Position numbers and translations under genes: made by a program
Shown here: one piece after another, positions 37,725-50,859 of the stretch
Layout of the letters: each line of letters opens with the position of its first letter
Numbering within the stretch: position 1 is the stretch's first letter
The notes under the pieces: model-generated
What the model saw: only the letters and a program-made list of their open reading frames with translations
Told to the model about the DNA's origin: nothing
The model's database searches: none
DNA from: Lama guanicoe
Taxonomy: Eukaryota
Direction: 5' to 3'
Assembly (NCBI GenBank): GCA_013239625.1
Contig: MU053561.1
Span: 1,180,826 to 1,244,825 of the forward strand
DNA length: 64,000 bases

Positions 37725-40149
37725 TACTGGGCCAGCTGACATCCCTGCTGACCAGCTCTGAATGTCAGCACCTTTATTTTTCATGACACAGATAAAATGC
37801 AATTGGTGAGGCTACAATTAAGATAATGTAACACAGATCCGCTCCTGAGGTTATACGTTGGTTACTTTAACTGTAACATATAATATGGGTTTCTGGAAGG
37901 TCCGTTATCATCTATATGTGGATTACTTTGCAGACAGCCTTTTTTTGGTTAATTTTATATTACAGGATAATCGTATGGCAAGCTATAGGGATTCTTGCTG
38001 TCACTGTCCTAGGTTTCCACTACTGACACACTAAAATGCTTCTTAGAATCTGTCGTAATTGTGACTGTGTCACAGTACAGCTAAGCAGAGTAAGAACGAA
38101 CATACCATTATTATTTAATGTTGAAAACAGGGAAAAAAGAGTAAGAGCTTTGTGAGATATGCTCAGTGATTAAACTAGCTGTGGCTGCTTTAGATAGTTC
38201 CATGGCTTTAAATAAAACTGCCAACATTTGTTCTCAGCTTGCTCTCTCCAACAGCTCCTGCCTTGGCTCCATCCCATAATTGTTCAAAAGGGGCTTCGTA
38301 AATAAGTGTTGTGTAACGGCACTGGTATGTGTTCTGGGACTCTAGGATATCATTTCTTAACGTCTCATCATATTTCATTGTGGACTTTGATTTTTAGAAA
38401 AGCAGTGACCCCAGTTAAGCGGCTCCCCGAAGCAGCTCCGATTATCCCAGACTTGGCAAAGCTCACGGCAAGATCTCAGTGTGAGAACCAAGAGGTGAGC
38501 TCACAGAGCTGGCTAGCAGGTGGCTCGGGAGCTGGTGTGGGATAACGATGGAGGGGCAGTCTCAAGCCTGTGGCCGGAGTAGCACAGTCAACATGGCGAG
38601 GAGTAGCTCACTTCTAGAAAAGCAGAAGCAGTGAAGAAGTGTGTGTCTCTTTCCAGCAGTGCTGACTTTCTGGGGCTGATGAAATCATGCTGAATGAAAA
38701 ACAAAATAAAGCCTACAAAAGTACCCAAAACACAAAGGAGCCAAACCAACTTTCCAGTTATAAACAGGCCAATTTGAGCCAGTTGGCTTAGACCTCAAGC
38801 AGTTCCCTGTAGCTCTAATTAACTGCTTCTCTTTCCCAACTCTTAAAAGAGATATAATAGGATTTCTAAAAAAAGGCAGGACAAGGAAGAGAAGACAACT
38901 TTAAAATGTAGTTCACTAAATACTTGTTTATGAATTCTGTCCCCAAACTTCAGCGGAAGGACGAGACCAGGAGGCTGACTTCGTTTCCTCATCTCCACTC
39001 CTCCCAAGTTAATGGATCAAATTTTTAGAGAGTGAGGATGGAATCTGGGGAAAGAAGTTTATATATTTGCTGTTTCTCTATTGCTCTCCTCCCTACAAAG
39101 CAGTTGTGAAAAGTCAACAAAATATTATTCAACCTTAGAACTACGTTTAGGCTGAGTATCGTGTTTTCTGATTGTGCGAGCAAAACTAGAGGAAGGCCAA
39201 ATGCCTACCAGCCTCATTACTAAACAGCAACACATTACTAGGCTCTCTCTTCCTGGCTAAGACTTCACCCAGCATCCAGCACGTTGCCTTTGGCACATGG
39301 TTGGGGAGCCTGTGAAATGTGAGCATAATTGACTCTCAGTCTGTGAGTCTCGTTTTCTTGGCTCTGTCCCACAGGCACCCCACTCTCATCTACTGCCCCT
39401 CCGTCACTCTGCTAAACTTACCACCATCTCCCTACATAGTAGAGTTTCTGTAAATTCACACTTTCCATCTTAACAGCCAGAATATACAAATACTTTCCAA
39501 TTGACACCCATCTTAGAAAGACTTTTTTTTTTTTAAAGAACTGGATGGAAGGAGTAAAAGTTGCAAAGATGGAAGCTTAAGACGTTTAAAACTTAAGTGG
39601 GATAAAGATCAGTTTCCTTCCCAACTGTGTAACTCTCACTACTGTAGTCAGTGGCTGGCTTTTTTACACACCTTAGTCACACACTTCGGGGACTCATGCA
39701 GTATTTGAAATTACCAGGAGCTTGTTTTTGGATTGGGACAGTGTCTAACCTCATGTGAAATACTTGGATGTGTAAAGTATCAGGGATTTCTTAGAGAACT
39801 CCATAGTTAAAAAACAAGATTAAACATCTTTTCCCCGCATTGGCTTTCCATGTCCAGTTGTAGATCAAATCCTTGCTAATGGGACATCTTCATCAAAGAT
39901 AGCTATGGAATCTAGGATCTGGATTATATTTCGGGCTAGGTCAAATGGATTTTGAGGTCTTACATCTTGGCTCAAGTTCTTATATTGAAACCTGAATAAT
40001 GCATCCTACTGGTGAGGCCTACTAGAGAACATTGAATGGTGGTGTAGAAAGAGATCAATTTGAAAGAAAACAAAAATCAGCAGATACCATGAGACATGCA
40101 ATAAACAGAAGCCACAATGTCTCATAATGTCTGCAAATTCCCCAGTTGC

Positions 40150-41530
40150 TGAATGATCCACTGGAAATATTATCTCTCCCTTAAACTACTGTCACTGGAG
40201 GATAAATGCTCATATTTTGGGATCAGTTAGAGCATTTATTTAGACGTGCTCTTGTCCATCATCCTTTTTGATGGAATTCTTCTGTGGTGAGGGTTCCTAT
40301 TAGAACTTCTGATGATGCCCGCTCTCCTGATTTATCTTTCTCAGAGCTCCATCCATGGATGAATCCAGTCCCTCACCCCAGACAGCACACACTCTCTGTA
40401 ATGAGGGCAAACAGCTCTACCTGAACGTTCTCAACTTCACCAGGGAAATTTCCCCTTTTCTGCTAGTTGTTAGCAATTCCCTTTCTTTGCTCTTTTTCTC
40501 ATGTTGCCTACCTGCAAAGTAGACTTCATGTCCTCTTTAGATCTGTCCCCTAAAGACAGTTTTCCATATTCTAAGGGACACTGCCTTTGCTTTCAGGCCA
40601 CTGATCTAAGTGGCTTATATCCTATTTTCTCTCTCCTCAGTTGGCATTTGGAGATGCTATTTTTCATAGTTTTGAAGTTATAAATTTGGCCAACTCTATA
40701 CTAAAGACTCCAAGTCTATTTCTCTAAGCCAAACCTTTCCCTGAACTCCAGGTCCACATACATAGTGTAGCAGATGCCATCACTGCCTTACTGATACCCA
40801 TTTGGCATTCACTCTCTTTGTGCTGAAGGCTACTTACAGGAACCTTTCTGACTGCAAGGGAATGTGCATCCTCTGCATGTGCCAAACTAGCAGAGCTGGG
40901 AGAGTTCATAACTCTGAAAAGAGCTCAGTAAGAATGCTGGTGAAGATCTGGTGATAACAACCCCTAGGTTGTGATAACTCTAAGGTATGTTCTATACCAT
41001 CATCTAAAGTTTTACCAATGGTGCTAAACTTTACATTTCTCTCCTGGTTTGACAATGTATATTTTATAGGCTTCCTTCTTTCCCTTCCTCACTTTCCCAC
41101 TAACCAGTTGATGTTTTCCAGGACCACCTCCAAAATACACTACTAAGCTTTGAATTCTTGTCTCAGAGTCTGTTGACAAGCTAACTCAAAGTAAGGCACC
41201 TAGCCTTACTACTTACATGATTTCTTTACCTGACTATTTCTCTGACAAGTATCTCAAGAATAATTCATCTAAAACAATTCTTTTTATTATCTTCTGCTTT
41301 CCATCTTCTCTTTCTCTTCTATGTTCAGTTCTCTACCCAACCAAGGTTACTTAAGCCCAAATTCTCTCAAAACCAATTTGTCCCAAATCCTGTCAATTCT
41401 ACATTGAGAATATTTTCTGAATCTGGCCTTTTCTCTTCGCCCCCATTGCATCTGCTCCATGTCAGGTTCTTATCATCTCTTGCCTATGCTGTTATATACT
41501 CAGTTAGGTATTCTCCCTGCCTCCAGTTTC
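40150..41530 (+). mobile_element. L2 fragments split by an LTR16
   Basis: GACTCCAAGTCTATTTCTC..CCTGAACTCCAG, then CCAAATCCTGTCAATTCTAC..ATCATCTCTTGCCT on the far side of the LTR; left boundary uncertain. Confidence 0.6.
40820..41198 (+). mobile_element. LTR16-like ERVL LTR
   Basis: GATAACTCTAAGGTATGTTCTA..GGCTTCCTTC..CACCTCCAAAATA..TCTTGTCTCAGAGTCTG..TAAGGCA. Confidence 0.7.
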
Positions 41531-41539
41531 ATTTTTGGA

Positions 41540-42000
41540 ATTGAAGCAGAGGACAGTTGAGAATGACTTCTAGGCATTTGGCAATTACGAGAAAGTCAAT
41601 ACAGAATAGGGAGAAGTCTTAGATGGACAACTGTTAAATTTATTAAAATTTATTAAAATTATTTTCATATATTTTGGGTTTGAAGGGTCTGTAAGCCACA
41701 GAAATGGAAGTGTTCAATAGTTCAGTGCATAATGGGCCAGGAGATCGTGGAAGTGGATTTGTTTAGGAAAACATGTCTATATGTGAAGCCATACAAGTGT
41801 AGGATATTATCCAGGGAGAGCATACAGAATGAAGACAGAAAAGCACTAAGGGCAGAATTTGAGGCATACTGACTCTTAAGGGTAAACAGAAGAATAAGAT
41901 CTTGGAAAGGAAACTAAGAAAGGACAATATGAAAGACATGAGAGCAACCATGATAAAGGAGGAAAAGCAAGATGTAATGAAAGCCAGAAGAAAGAAAATT
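41540..42000 (-). mobile_element. L2 fragment
   Basis: GAATGACTTCTAGG..TTTGAAG..ATCCAGGGAGAG..GATGTAATGAAAGCCA. Confidence 0.6.
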
Positions 42001-42154
42001 TTACTCAGTGTGAATTTCTCAATGAGACTGTCCCTAACCATCCTGTCTTAAGTAGTGTCCCTTTACCTACTATCCAGAATTTCACATGCTGCTTCTCTGT
42101 TATTTTTTCCAAAGTACTCTTTATCATCAACATTTCTAAATATTTTGATTTCTT

Positions 42155-45100
42155 CATTTTAAAATATCTTAATTGAGCTATACCTGATATACAAAAACTG
42201 CACTTATTTAATGCACACAACTTAGTGAACTGGGAAATACCCACACAACTGAGAAGCCATCACCACAATCAAAGTATTAGTCATATCTGTCACCTCCAAA
42301 AGTTCTTGTGCCCTTTTGTTTTTTGTTTTGTTTTCTTATAGAACACTTAATATGAAATCAACCTTGTCAACAATTTTAAAATTCCCTATACAGTATTGTT
42401 AGGTGTAGGCAATATATTGTATAGCAGATCTCTAGAATTTATTTACGTGAAAAACTGAAATTTTATACTTATTGAACAAAAACTCCCCATTTAACCAACC
42501 TCCAGCCCTGGCAACTACCGTTCTATTTTCTGCTTCTAAGAGTTTGACTATTTTAGGTACCCAGTGTAAGTGGAATCATGCAGTATTTGTCCTTCTGTGA
42601 TTGGCTTATTTCATTTAGCATAATGTCCTCCAAGGTCATCCATGTCACAAATGGCTAGAATTCCTTCTTTGTTAAAGCTGAATAATATTCCATGGTATAT
42701 ATGTATCATGTTTTCTTTATCTATTCATTTGTCAGTGAATGTTTAGACTGTCAGTGACCTCTTGGCTATTGTGAATAATGTGGCAATGAAGATGAGAGTA
42801 CAGATGTATCTTTAAGATCCTGATTTCAGTTCTTTTGGAAATATATCCAGAAGTGGAACTGCTGAGTCATACAGCAGATTTATTTTTAAGTTTTTGAGGA
42901 ACCTCCAGACTGCCTTCCATAGACTCTTCACATTTTACATAGTCGACAGTAGTGCACAAGGGATCTGATTACTTAAAATCCTCACCAACACTTGTTATCT
43001 TTTGATTTTTTAAAATAGTCATTCTAAATGGTGTGAGGTGGTACTGTGCTTTTGATTTGGATTTTTCTGATGATTAGTGATGTTAAGCACATTTTCATAT
43101 GCCTATTGCCTGTTTATATGTTTTCTTTGGAGAAATGTCTATCCAAGTCCTTCACCCATTTTAAAATTGAGTTACTTGATTTTTTGTTTTGTTTTGTTTT
43201 TTGCTATTGAGTTGAATAGATTTCTTACATATTTGGGATGTTAGTCTTTTATTATACATATTTGGTTTGCAAATATTTCCTCCCATTTCATAGTTTACCT
43301 TTTCATTTTGTTGATTGTTTCCTTTGTTGTGTAGAAGCCTTTTAATTTGATACAGTTTCCTTGTCTACTTTTGCTTTTGTAGTCTGTGCTTTTAGTGTTG
43401 TATCTAAGAAATCATTGCCAAGACCAATGCCCATAAGCATTTCCCCTGTTTTCTTCTAGGAGATTTACAGCTTCATGTCTACATTTAAGTTGTAATTCAT
43501 TTTCAGTTGACTTTTGTCTATGGTGTATGGTAAGAGTACAGTTTCATTCTTTGGCATATGGGTGTCCAATTTTCCCAACACCATATATTGTAGAGACTAT
43601 TCTTACGCCATTTTGTGTTCTAGGCACCCTTGTCAAAGATCGGTTAACCATGTACATGTGGGTTTATTTCTGGGCTCTCTAATATGTTTCATTAGTCTCT
43701 ATATATGCTTGTCTTTATGCCAGCCCCATAGTGATTTAACTACTGTTGCTTTGTAATATACTTTGAAAATAGGAAGTTTGAATCTTCTAGCTTTGTTATT
43801 CTCTGTCAAAATCACTTTGGTTATTCTGAGTCTTTAATGATTCCACTTGAATTTTAGGGTTGTTCATTGCTGTAAAAAATGCCATCGGGATTTTGATGAA
43901 ATAGCATTGAATCTGCTGATCTCTTTGGGTAGTATGGACATTTTAACAATAAGAAGTCTTCCATCCATGAATATGGATGTCTTTCCACTTATTTGTGTCT
44001 TCTTTAATTCCTTTCAGCAGTATTTTTTAGTATTCAGTGCAGAAGTCTTTTATTTCCTTGGTTAGGTTTATTCCTAAGTATTTTATTCTTTTTGATGCTG
44101 TCATACATAATCAGATTGTTTTCTTATTTCCTTTTTGGATAGTTCATTGTTAGTGTATAGAAATACAACTGGTTGTTAGTGTTAGAAATATGTTGATTTT
44201 GTATCCTGCAACTGAATTTATTACTTCTAATTGTGTGTGTGTGTGCGTGTGTGTGTAGTTGTTAGTGTTCTCTAAGTATAATATCATGTTGCCTGCAAAC
44301 AGAGATAATTGTATTTCATCTTTCCAACTTGGATGTCTTTGATTTCTTCTTCTTGCCTAATTGCTCTGGCTAGGACTTCTATACATTAAATAGAAGTTGC
44401 AAGAATGAGCATCATTCCCTTGTTCCTGATCTTAGAGGAAAAGCTTTTAGTTTTTCACCATAGGGGATGATGTTAGCTTTGGGCATTCCATATATGGCCT
44501 TAATTATGTTGAGGAATTACCCTGTATTCTTAGTTTCTGGAAAGTTATTATTATGAATGAATGTTGAATTTTGTCAGATCATTTTTCTGCATCTATTGAG
44601 ATGCTCATGTGATTTTTATTCTTCATTCTGTTAAAGTAATGTATCACATTAATTGATTTTCAAATGTCAAATCCTTGCATCCCAGGGATAAAACCCACTT
44701 GGTGATGGTGTATGAGTTTTTAATGAGCTGTTGAATTCTGTTTGCTAGTATTTTGTTAAGGAGTTTTGCTTCTATATTCACCAGGGACATTGGCCTGTAA
44801 TGTTTTTCTCTTGTGGTGTCTCTGTCTGGCTTTGGTACCAGGGCAATGCTGGCCTCATAAAATGCATTTGGAAGTGTTCCCTCCACTTCAAATTTTTGGA
44901 AGAGTTTGAGAATGATTGGTGTTAATTCTTTAAACATTTAGTAGAATTCATCAGTGAAGTCATCTGGTCCTGGACTTTTCTTTGTTGGCTCATTTTTGAT
45001 TACTGATTCAATCTTTTAAAACTAGTTACACGTATGTTCAGAATTTCAGTTTCATGATTCAGTTTGATATGTTATATGTTTCTAAGAATTTATTAAGTTC

Positions 45101-45467
45101 TTTCAGGTTATCCAGTTTGCATATAATTTCTCATAGTAGTCTCTTGATATTTTTTATATTTCTGTGGCACCAGTTGTCATGTCTTCTCTTTCATTTCTGA
45201 TTTTATTTATTTGAGTATCTCATTTTTTCTTAGTCTAGCTATGGGTTTATCAGGTTTGCCAGTCTTTAAAAAAATCAACTCTTAGTTATATTTTTTTTTC
45301 CTAATGTTTTTCTTTTCTCGATTTCTGCTCTAATCTTTATTCTTCCTACTTCTAACTTTGAGTTTAATTTGTTCTTTTTCTAGTTCTTCAAATAGTATAA
45401 GGTTAAATCATTTATTCAGTGTCTTCTTTTTTAATGTGGGCATTTAACACTATAAATGTCTCTCTTA
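42155..45467 (-). mobile_element. L1 (L1MA10/L1MB-like): 3'UTR plus ORF2 RT region, decayed
   Basis: ORF 44644-44937 ([52 protein letters not shown]) is L1 ORF2; continuous antisense L1 sequence up to the 3'UTR. Confidence 0.95.
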
Positions 45468-45925
45468 AAGAGAGGAAAACATGGTGATGTAGGAGAACCC
45501 AGCTTCCCTGTCTATCCCTCCACCAAAAAAAAAAAAGAGAAAAAGATCAATGATTGGCTAGCTATCCACAACAAAAACAGCTCTGGAAGACCTCAGGAGT
45601 GCACTTAGGAAATTTTAGCAACAGTGAAACAAAAATACTGAGGATAATCACACAAGAAGAGAAAGAAAACAGCTTCATTTTGCTTGCTTCATTTCATCCT
45701 CCCCAGCCGTCACAGGGCCATGTTCAGAGCCAAGAGGAATCTCCCAGCTGAAAAGAGTTTCACTGACCAGAAAAGGAAGAGTAGGTTGAGTGATCAGCTT
45801 CTCCAGCCTCTGGGCCAGTGGATAAAGTTTAACCCCACCTAGACCAGCAAAGCCTAGTCTGTTGAGTCCACTAGGAACAACAAAGAAAAGCAGAACTTTA
45901 ATTAGCAGTCATGCAGTGCGAATGA
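45468..45925 (+). mobile_element. L1 5'UTR-like segment in opposite orientation
   Basis: GAGGAAAACATGGTGATGTAGGAGAACCC resembles an L1 5' start (AAGATGGCGGAGTAGGAGGACCC); CTATCCACAAC..CTCTGGAAG follows. Confidence 0.55.
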
Positions 45926-45929
45926 TTGC

Positions 45930-47210
45930 AACAGCCTGGCGGTTGGGTCTGTGGACGTGGCCTGCCTCTGGGTAGGCTGAAGGTCTGGGGTCATGGGAAC
46001 TTACTTGTTTCTGGGGTAGGTCAAAAGCCTGGGCCCATTTTAGCCTGCCTAGCTCTGGGCCTGCCCAGGAGCCTGGGTTTGTGGGGGCTACAGGAGCCTC
46101 CGAGTGAGATAGGCTGGAACCTGGGACCCTTTACCAGAGTGCTGGCACTTGCACCTGGACAAATGTCTCCTCAAGCAATAGAATACACAGAAAGTATAAG
46201 GGACTTAAAATAACTGCGTGCATGCACAGCTGGGGCAAATTAGGAACAGTAAGATACAAAAAGGCCGAAAAACAGGGAGTAAAAGCAGGGTACTGTGCAT
46301 AGTCCCTGCATACAGCACCACCAAGGGGGTGAACAGACCACCTTGGCCACCCCCAACCCCGCGGGACACACCTGTCTGCCCTTACTCTCACTCCACTTAA
46401 GGAACCAGTTCGCCCTCCCCTTCCCCTCCCCTGGGAGTGCGCAGGGGCACCTGTTACTTGTTTTCGCTCCCTAGCTCTGCAGCACGAGTCTCAATAAAGC
46501 CTTGCCTGATTTTCTCCTCAGGGCTGCTCATCAGTTTCTACTGATTAAGGAATCCAAGGAGCCTGGTGGGTAATAAAAGGATCATGGGAGCTGGCCAAAG
46601 CTAGGATGCGTGAGGAGCCCGGCTGAGAAGGAGCCTGCCAGGAGCTTCTTGCTTCGGGAGCCACCAGGGGTGTGGGAGCCAGCTGGTGCTGAGGTGAGCG
46701 GGGAGCTTGGTTCAAAAGCTGCCAAGAGCCCCACAGGAGTTGGTGTGGGTAGGACTCAAGACTGGGAGCCTGGGTTTGTGGGAGTCTGGGGCCTCAGGAA
46801 CTGACTGTGGCAGTGGGTGCTGGCAAGTGCTGGGGTCAGTGGGGTCCTTGGTTCGCAGGAGCCCACAGGGAGCCACCTAGGGCCATGGGAGTTGGCTTGG
46901 TCCTGGGGCAAGCTGTTTCTGGGGTCTACCGTGAATTTGGGGACTCATTTTCTCCGATGGGAAGGGTGACTCTGTGGTGCTTGGATGTCTGGGCTTGGGG
47001 AAGGGGTGATGGGTATAGTGTGAATTTTTCTTACTCTCCTCAAGGCATCTTTTTAATTTTTGTGGTTCACCCATGTGTTGTAATCCCTTACTTGGAATAC
47101 TTGGCACTTGAGAAGGTATTTTCAGGTGCAGATAGTTGTTCAAATTGATGTTTCTGAGGGAGGACAAGCGCTAGAAATTCTTAAGCTTGTCATTTTGCTG
47201 ACATCACTCC
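45930..47210 (-). mobile_element. L1 5'UTR (L1M2/L1M3-like), interrupted by an LTR
   Basis: GC-rich GGAGCC-type subrepeats; ends TCATTTTGCTGACATCACTCC, the reverse of the L1 start GGAGTGACGTCAGCAAGATGG. Confidence 0.75.
46131..46575 (+). mobile_element. ERV1 solo LTR (cetartiodactyl type)
   Basis: GCATGCACAGCTGGGGCAAATTA..AAAAGCAGGGTACTG..CCTGTTACTTGTTTTCGCTCCC..AATAAAGCCTTGCCTGA..GGTAATA; poly(A) signal at 46493. Confidence 0.85.
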
Positions 47211-47214
47211 GACA

Positions 47215-50200
47215 ATGCATCTTGGAGGTAGGTAGCATATATCCTTTAACTTTGTTTCTCTTCGGCAAGAGTGTTTCGGGTACCTTCTTTGTTTTTCCAT
47301 AAGAATTTTAAAATCAGTTTATCAAATGTTGTGAAAAGGATGGTGGAATTTTGATTGTGACTGCATTGAATCCATATATCAATTAAAGAATAATGGGCAA
47401 TTTATTCACAAGGTTTATCGCTCCATTTATTTAGATATTTAAGTAATGTATTTTAGTTTTCTATGTAAAAGTCTTGCATATCTTTTGTTAAATTTATTTC
47501 TTAGTATTTTCTTTTTGATATTGTTATAAATGAAATTTTTATTACATTACATTAATTGTTTATTGCTGGTATATAAACATACAATTGGCTTTTGTAAGTT
47601 GATCTTGTATTTTGTAACCTTGCTTATTAATTAATTTATTCTGGTAGTTGTTTGGTAAATTCTTCCAGGATTTTCTACATAAACAAGCATGTCACCTGCA
47701 AATGGAGATAGTTGTGTGTTTTAATTTCTGATATTCAAGCCTTTCTTTTGCCTTTTTTTTTTTTTTTTGCCTTATTTGTAATAGCTGGGATCTCCAGTAT
47801 GGTGGTGAGATTGCGTGTCCTGGAGTTTTTCTCAATCTTAGAGTGAAAGTGTTCATAGTTCACCATTAAGTGTGATGTTAGCTATAGGTTTTAGAAGACA
47901 GTTTTCATTACTTTGAGGAATCTGACTTCTGTTTTAATGTGCTGAGATGTTTTTGTTTATTTTGCTATTTCAATCATGAATGCATACTGAATTGTTTCAA
48001 GTACTTTTTTTGCATCCTTTGAAAAATACCTTTTTTATGCTGTTAATATGATGAATTACGCTAACTGATTTTCAAACCTTGGATTTCTGGGATAATACCA
48101 CTTGGTAATTCATTGTAAATATCATTTTTTTATGTTGCTAGATTTAATTTGCTAGATTTATTACTCCAGTGTTTTTACATCTATAATCCTTAGAGATGTT
48201 TATAATTTTGTAAGAACATTGTCAACTTTTGATATTAGGGTTATGCTGGCTTTATAGAATAAGTTGGAGTGTTTGTTCTTTATTCTGAAAGAGTTCTTGT
48301 AAGATTGGTGTTATTTATTCCATAAATATAGAATTTACAAGCAATTAAATAATTGGATCAGGAGTTTCTTAGGGGAAGATTTTTATAATTCACTTTACTA
48401 AAGGCTATAATTTTCTACTTCTTGTGTTAGTATATTGATTTTTTTTTCAAGGAATCTGTCCATTTTATCTAAATTATTTTTGTTGGCACAAGTTGTCCAT
48501 AATATTCTGTTACATTTTTCGTGTGTTGTGAATTTGTAGTGATAATCCCTCTTTTAGTCCTCATATTGGTGAGTTGAATTTTCTCTCTAATTTTTTTCTT
48601 GATTAATCAATCTAGCTAAGGATTTTCATTCTTACTGATCATTTTAAAGAACCAAATTTTGTCTTTGTCAATTTTCATGTTTTTTATTTTGATTTCTGTC
48701 CTTTAGCATTCTTGTCCATTTCTTATCTTGTTTAACTTCACTTTTTTTGGGCAGGGGGAAAGTGGAACGCTTGATCTTTGAGCAGAAACTTAGATTATTG
48801 GTTTTATTCTTTTCTTCTCTTTTAACATAATATTTAAAGATTAATTCCCTATTAAGCATTGTCTTAGCTACTTCCTGCTAATTTTGATATATTTTCCATT
48901 ATTCAGTTTGAACTATTTTGTTTTCCCTTGTGATTTCTTTTTTGATCCACAGACTATGTAGAAATGTGTTGTTTATTTCCAAATATTTGGCATTTTACTA
49001 GATACTTTATTATTTTCTAATTAAATTCCGTTGTGATCAGAGAATATATTTTGTATTATTTCAATCCTTTTAAACTTATTGAAACTTATCTTAGATCACA
49101 GCATAAGATCGATGTAAGTGAATGTACTACCTGCAATTGGAAAGGATATGTTCTCTGTAGTCACTGGGAATAGTTTCTTTTTTACAAATGTCAGTTAGGT
49201 CAAGATGATTGGTAATGTTCAGATCATCTGTAACTTTATTTATTAATCTATAAATTGTTGAAAAAAGCTGTTAATATTGTTAACTGTGATTGTGAAATTG
49301 TCTTTTTCCCTTCAACTCTGGATTTTTTTTCATGGATTTTGAAACTCTATCATTAGCTGTGTACACATTTATGAGTCATATGTGCTTGGATTAACCCTTT
49401 TATCATTATCAAGTGTTTCTGATAATACTCTTTATCTTGATGTCTGTTTTTAGCTGGTATTAATATAGTGACTCCAGCCTTCTTATGCTTACTATTTTCA
49501 TGGTCTGTTTTTTTGCATCTGTTTACTTTCTTAGAGCTCTCATCTCTCTGCTAACATTACCCATCTGTTATCATATGTTCCCTACTTTTTCCATTAGAGC
49601 CCTTAACACAAAATTCCGTGCTTGATAATTTTAACATCTGTGTCATATCTAAGTCTGGTTCTGAAGATTGCTTTGTCTCATCAGACTGTGTTCTTGCATT
49701 CTGGCTTTGTAAACTTTTATTGAAAGCTGGACATATTATGGGTAACAAAAACAAAGGTAAATGGGTCTTCAGTGTGAGGATTTATGGTAACCTGTCTGGA
49801 AGCTGGGATGTTTACTGTTATCTGTAGATGTGGGTGTCATAGGCTTCAAATTCCACTAGTGCCTTTATATTTGTCTTCCCTCTTGATTTTGAGCTTCCCC
49901 AAGTTCTCCCCAGAGAAGGTCTGCATCTTGCAGCTCTCTCACCCTGTAACGTGCTGTTTTTTTTAACTAGAGCCTTGCTGTTAGTATTTGTCTTCCCTCT
50001 TGATTTTGAGCTTCCCCAAGTTCTGCTCTCTCACCCTGTAACGTGCTGTTTTTTTTAACTAGAGCCTTGCTGTTGTGGTGGGAAGGTGTGGGGGAGGGAG
50101 AGTGTTCTATAATCTTCTGAATAAATCTCAGGGTTTTAGTAAGCCTGTGTCTCGGGACTGTGATCTTCACAAGTGATACAACTCCCCCAACCCCACTCCT

Positions 50201-50801
50201 ATTCCCTTTCCTAGCTCTAGTTTTCCCTGTCTGTTTCCTTGAAACCCTGAACTCTGTTGACTGCTTTTTGGTGGTGGTGGTTGTGCTGGAAGTCTAGTGG
50301 TGGCTGGAATGAGAAAAATTCTCTTCTTCTGAGATACGGCTCTGACAAAAGTTATTTCCAAGAGTAGATAGACCTTTGTTATAAAGTATGACATGAGTAT
50401 ATTTCATGATGATTATTTCCCCCATACCCTGCCAGAGCTAGGAGGTGCTCTTTCTTGGATCATTGTGAGAACATGGTACAGTTCCTAGAGGTAAAACCCA
50501 GCTTTAAGGAGTTTCTCACTCTCAAGCTAGTCCACATTTGGCTTCCAACAATTTGTCAATTTCTAGTTAAGATTTCTGATAAATTATGGCTTCAACAGCT
50601 TCTGCTCTAGTCAGTCACATCTTGGCTCTGTCTCTCTGGATTTGCCTCTCCAGATTTTGGGATGGTGGTTTGCCCTGCAACCTCATTTCTCTGATGGACC
50701 CAAGAAAAGTCGCTGATACTCAGTTTTTCAAGCTTATTCTTGTTGAAAGGGTGGGAGTAATGGCTTCTAAGCTTTTGACAAATTAGAGCGAAGCAGAAGT
50801 C
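47215..50801 (-). mobile_element. Old L1 (L1M4/L1MC-MD type) ORF2 and 5' region
   Basis: Antisense ORF2 motifs (CACCATTAAGTGTGATGTTAGCT, TAAAGAACCAA, GTGATCAGAGAATATA); 5'-end-like GGGAGTAATGGCTTCTAAGCT..AGAAGTCC at ~50800; may be two elements. Confidence 0.85.
49868..50074 (+). repeat. Tandem duplication (115 bp + 90 bp copy with a 25-bp internal deletion)
   Basis: 49868-49982 vs 49985-50074: identical apart from loss of CCCCAGAGAAGGTCTGCATCTTGCA in copy 2. Confidence 0.95.
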
Positions 50802-50859
50802 CTAGGTTCGTCTCTTTCATCTTATCAATATTTTTCTATTTGCAATGCACCTCTTACCT

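Noticed and set aside
44644..44937. 97-aa ORF as a CDS
   Set aside because: Fragment of decayed L1 ORF2
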